64,000 nucleotides of DNA from Haplodiscus bocki (lineage: Eukaryota). The notes below the pieces were generated by a model. That model had not been told where the DNA came from. It ran no database searches and saw nothing but the letters and a program-made list of their open reading frames with translations. The DNA is taken from contig OZ296658.1 in the NCBI GenBank assembly GCA_965655095.1, forward strand, positions 79,732,001-79,796,000, read 5' to 3'. Below, in pieces: positions 63,011 to 64,000 of this stretch. The translations under genes were made by a program, and so were the position numbers. Position 1 is the stretch's first letter. Each line of letters opens with the position of its first letter.

Positions 63011-63199
63011 CTAGGTATAAGTACTCATATATGTGTAAGTATTCTTATTTCTATTCAACAAAGCCATTGCCTGATAATAATTTTTGTTTAATTGATTGTA
63101 GATGTGCCTTAATGTTGATTTAGTATTGTTCACTTCTTGTTTAATTTTAGGTTTGTGTTTATTACAATGTATTCTCGATTTTATTAAACTTTTATGCAT
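63011..63199 (-). CDS. Small basic viral protein, 62 aa
   Basis: TAAATG start, K/N/H-rich, and fills the gap between penton and MCP. Confidence 0.5.
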   Translation of the reverse strand: MHKSLIKSRIHCNKHKPKIKQEVNNTKSTLRHIYNQLNKNYYQAMALLNRNKNTYTYMSTYT

Positions 63200-63215
63200 T
63201 TATAATAAAAAAATT

Positions 63216-64000
63216 TCATATTTCTTTGGTTGATAAACGAAAAGTCATACTTTGACCGTTGAATGATACTATTTGATTATTTTCGTTTTTTAATTTGAAA
63301 CAAAAACTTGAAACAATATCTTTGCTTTCCATCATATAATATAACACTCCACCTCGAAATTTCTCAATGTATTTGTAACCAGGATCAACATCCATAAAAC
63401 CATAGTAAAATTATGAATAATACCAGTTCGTTTCCCTTTAAAAATCTTTCGTTTTGCAATATCAGTTTCAATGAAAACATTATCAAATGATAAAACATCA
63501 ACGGGATTATTAGATGGGGTATATTCTTCATATAATGTTCTAGCTTGAAATCCTAAAAGATCTCTCATACTATCGTCAAACATGAAACTGATTATCGGTC
63601 CTTGTGGTGATATTTCTATAATACTACCGAGAGTTGAAAAATTTGGTTTGATTGTGAATGGGTAATTTGCTTCAGTGTAATGTTCTTCATGAATAATAAT
63701 CCTCTTGATTTCATTGTTCGAACTTCCGATTTCGTAAGCGCCTGGCGGTTTTGTTGTTTTAACAACTCCTTCTTCGTTAGTAATTGTTTTCTTGAAATAA
63801 ACTTTGTTATTCTCGTTTGTAACATTAAAAATGCCGTTATGAGCAGTTAGAAAAGTGATAGCTATTTTAAATTATTTATTATTAGTTTGTCATGTTTGAG
63901 ATAGATTTTCTTCGTGAGCTGATTTATCTATAACTATCAACACATGCTGTTCTATTTTAGGTCTAGTATTAAATGCTATTTGCTCTAAAAGTTTACTTGG
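63216..64000 (-). pseudogene. Minor capsid protein (penton, single jelly roll)
   Basis: Manual translation NGIFNVTNENNKVYF...PPGAYEI...RDLLGF...PVDVLSFDNVFIETD...G..TGIIHNF..DVDPGYKYIE...LKNENNQIVSFNGQSMTFRL. Two stops and an ~8 nt duplication frameshift near 63400. Confidence 0.85.

Larger units (their letters stand above)
55700..64000 (-). mobile_element. Endogenous Polinton/Maverick (adintovirus-like) virus, partly deleted, continuing beyond the window
   Basis: Co-oriented, intronless, very AT-rich gene array with major capsid protein, penton, adenain protease and pPolB remnant. The candidate terminus begins 5'-AG (AGTACATTGC, 55700) and is followed by a CTCGCT-rich terminal region. Confidence 0.9.

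Overview
AT-rich, repeat-dense eukaryotic (animal) genomic DNA. The repeat families resemble those I recall from acoel worms such as Symsagittifera, which is an inference. The window holds one large + strand host gene. Its spliced exons run from a >4.1 kb Ser-rich exon at the left edge to at least 51810 and encode a low-complexity and coiled-coil protein with a PHLDB/LL5-like motif; the gene probably continues past the window. Its introns are filled with mobile DNA: a gag-only LTR retroelement with two ~3.1 kb LTRs and a tRNA-Asn-like PBS (15632-23478), two solo-LTR-like units carrying gag-like N-termini, an internally deleted pogo/Tigger transposon (32372-33985), several MITEs, and a dispersed repeat with ~176 bp tandem units. 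From 55700 to the right edge lies an endogenous Polinton/Maverick (adintovirus-like) virus with all genes on the minus strand. In order from the right edge these are penton, an intact 430 aa double-jelly-roll major capsid protein, an adenain-type protease, a fibre-like protein ending in a MAM-like domain, a membrane protein, a Zn-ribbon protein, a core-like protein with protease sites, an HNH nuclease and a pPolB remnant. An assembly gap covers 6859-7836. All family assignments come from motif recognition by eye; no searches were run.
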